Source of the DNA: an uncultured delta proteobacterium
GTDB taxonomy: Bacteria > Myxococcota_A > UBA9160 > UBA4427
NCBI GenBank assembly: GCA_963822965.1
Contig: CAWGJT010000009.1
Coordinates: forward strand, 1 to 64,000
Reading direction: 5' to 3'
Length of the DNA stretch: 64,000 nucleotides
Position 1 is the first letter of the stretch. Each line of letters starts with the position of its first letter. A model generated the notes under the pieces. That model searched no databases, was not told the DNA's origin, and worked only from the letters and a program-made list of their open reading frames with translations. The translations under genes and the position numbers were made by a program. This document shows positions 62,633 to 64,000 of the stretch, piece after piece.

Positions 62633-64000
62633 ATGTTGCGCAGGCCCACGGCTCTCGTGATCGCCGCCTGGCTGGTGCTGGCCGCGATCGTCGTGGGCGT
62701 GGAGGCGCCGCCTGCGGGCGAGCCCGGCCTCAACTACGACGAAGCCTTCCTGGCACAGCAGGCCCGCGACTTTCTCGAGCCCGACCGCGTCACCGTGCAT
62801 CCGCCCAGCGAGCGTTCGACCTACGTGTTCGGACGGCGCTTCCCCTTGCGCAACGCCGCCTATCTCGGCGGCCTGAAGAGCCAGCTCCTCATCCCGGCGT
62901 TCGCGCTCTTCGGCCCGACCCCGGCCACCCTGCGGCTGGCCACCCTGGCGACGGCCCTGACGGCGCTCCTCTTCACCATGCTGTGGGCGCGCCGGGTCTT
63001 CGGCGTCGGCACCGCCCTGCTGGGCGGGCTCTTCGTGGCCCTCGATCCCAGCTTCGTCTTCTTCGGAGCCTGCGAGTGGGGTCCGTACACGACCCTGCTC
63101 CTGTGCCGGAGCGCCGGGCTCTTCGCGCTGACGGCAGGCTGGCAGACGCGCCGCACCGGGCTCGTGGCGGCGGGCGCCCTGGCCCTGGGACTCGGGGTCT
63201 ACGCGCGCGCCGACTTCGCGATGATCGACGCGGCGCTCGCCGTCGGCGTCCTCGCGGTGCGCGGCCGGACGACGCTCCGCGAGATCCGCGAGCGGCCGGG
63301 GGCCAGCGCGGCCGCCCTCGCCGCCGTGGTGGTCGGCTCGCTGCCCATGTTGCGGTCCGCCATCGACCTGCTCGCCGTGGAGTCGGGGATCGCCGACCGC
63401 GGCGACCTGGCGTATCGCGCGCAGGTGCTGTGGAGCACCCTCGACGGATCCTACTACTACCGGGTGCTCGACGTGGGCGGGCTCTTCGAACGCATCTTCG
63501 AGGCGGCGGCGCCGGCCAGCGTCTTCGGCTTCGCGCTCGTGCTGGCCCTGCCGGCGGGCGCGGTGCTGGCCCTGCAGCGCCGCGTCTCGCTCCAGGTCCC
63601 GCGCAAGGGCCTGCTCTTCCTGGTCGTCACGACCGCCGTCCTCGGCGCCGCCATGCTGGCCCTGCCCGGCGCCGTGCGCGCCCATCACATGCTGAACCTG
63701 ATGCCGTTCACGCACCTGCTCGTCGCCACGGTGATCGTCGCGATCGTGGGCTCTGGCGCCGGGCGTGTCGTGGCCGCCGTCGCCGTCCTGGCGATCGTGA
63801 CGAGCAGCGCAACCGTCACGGCGCGCACGCGAGAGCTCGTCTCGGAGACCGGAGGGCGCGGTCGCTACTCGAACGCGCTCGATGCCTTCGCGGCGGAGCT
63901 GGACGGCGATTCCGAACGCGACGGTGGTCTCCCTGGACTGGGGCTTCCACGAGACCTTCCAGTTCCTGACGACCGGGCCCCACCTCGAGGAGCCCATCTG
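62633..64000 (+). CDS. GT-C (ArnT/GT39-like) membrane glycosyltransferase; runs off the window and is absent from the ORF track
   Basis: Manual translation from ATG 62633: MLRRPTALVIAAWLV..PGLNYDEAFL..YLGGLKS..LDPSF..EWGP; many TMs; frameshift near 63920. Confidence 0.78.
   Translation, partial: MLRRPTALVIAAWLVLAAIVVGVEAPPAGEPGLNYDEAFLAQQARDFLEPDRVTVHPPSERSTYVFGRRFPLRNAAYLGGLKSQLLIPAFALFGPTPATLRLATLATALTALLFTMLWARRVFGVGTALLGGLFVALDPSFVFFGACEWGPYTTLLLCRSAGLFALTAGWQTRRTGLVAAGALALGLGVYARADFAMIDAALAVGVLAVRGRTTLREIRERPGASAAALAAVVVGSLPMLRSAIDLLAVESGIADRGDLAYRAQVLWSTLDGSYYYRVLDVGGLFERIFEAAAPASVFGFALVLALPAGAVLALQRRVSLQVPRKGLLFLVVTTAVLGAAMLALPGAVRAHHMLNLMPFTHLLVATVIVAIVGSGAGRVVAAVAVLAIVTSSATVTARTRELVSETGGRGRYSNALDAFAAELDGDSERDGGLPGLGLPRDLPVPDDRAPPRGAHL

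Noticed and set aside
1..64000. Prophage, IS element, integrase, tRNA or defence island
   Set aside because: No transposase, integrase, phage structural, nuclease or tRNA signature was recognised by eye. A tRNA/Rfam/HMM scan would be needed to exclude them formally.

Overview
Very GC-rich bacterial DNA (GC not computed). A PilZ protein, a REC-DUF4388-J-TPR protein and the overall gene style suggest a Myxococcota-like lineage; this is inference. Many genes, including the normally essential gatA, gatB and ddl, carry apparent single-base indels. These look like uncorrected long-read errors, so boundaries of broken genes are approximate. The window has three parts. (1) 1-24 kb: alternating 'sulfatase-like' alkaline-phosphatase-superfamily proteins and GT-C-type polytopic membrane proteins, one direct fusion of the two, an LtaS-like protein and a GT2-methyltransferase. 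(2) 24-47.5 kb: mostly housekeeping and metabolic genes (DSD1-like PLP enzyme, CopC fusion, esterases, PilZ, RHH-like protein, hspQ, ilvE, mtnA, gatCAB, DEAD helicase, AlgI/AlgJ-like pair, larE, ddl). (3) 47.5-64 kb: another sulfatase-like gene, a His-motif membrane/TPR protein, a 67-bp-period repeat array, a PEP-CTERM surface protein with strong expression signals, two large TPR lipoproteins, a membrane spermidine-synthase-like fusion and two more GT-C proteins. The main hypothesis is a surface-glycan or glycoprotein decoration system. All seven sulfatase-like paralogs with a readable active site have Thr instead of the Cys/Ser of the C/S-x-P-x-R motif, and eight share an LxxLGY tail. No rRNA, tRNA, CRISPR array or mobile element was recognised.
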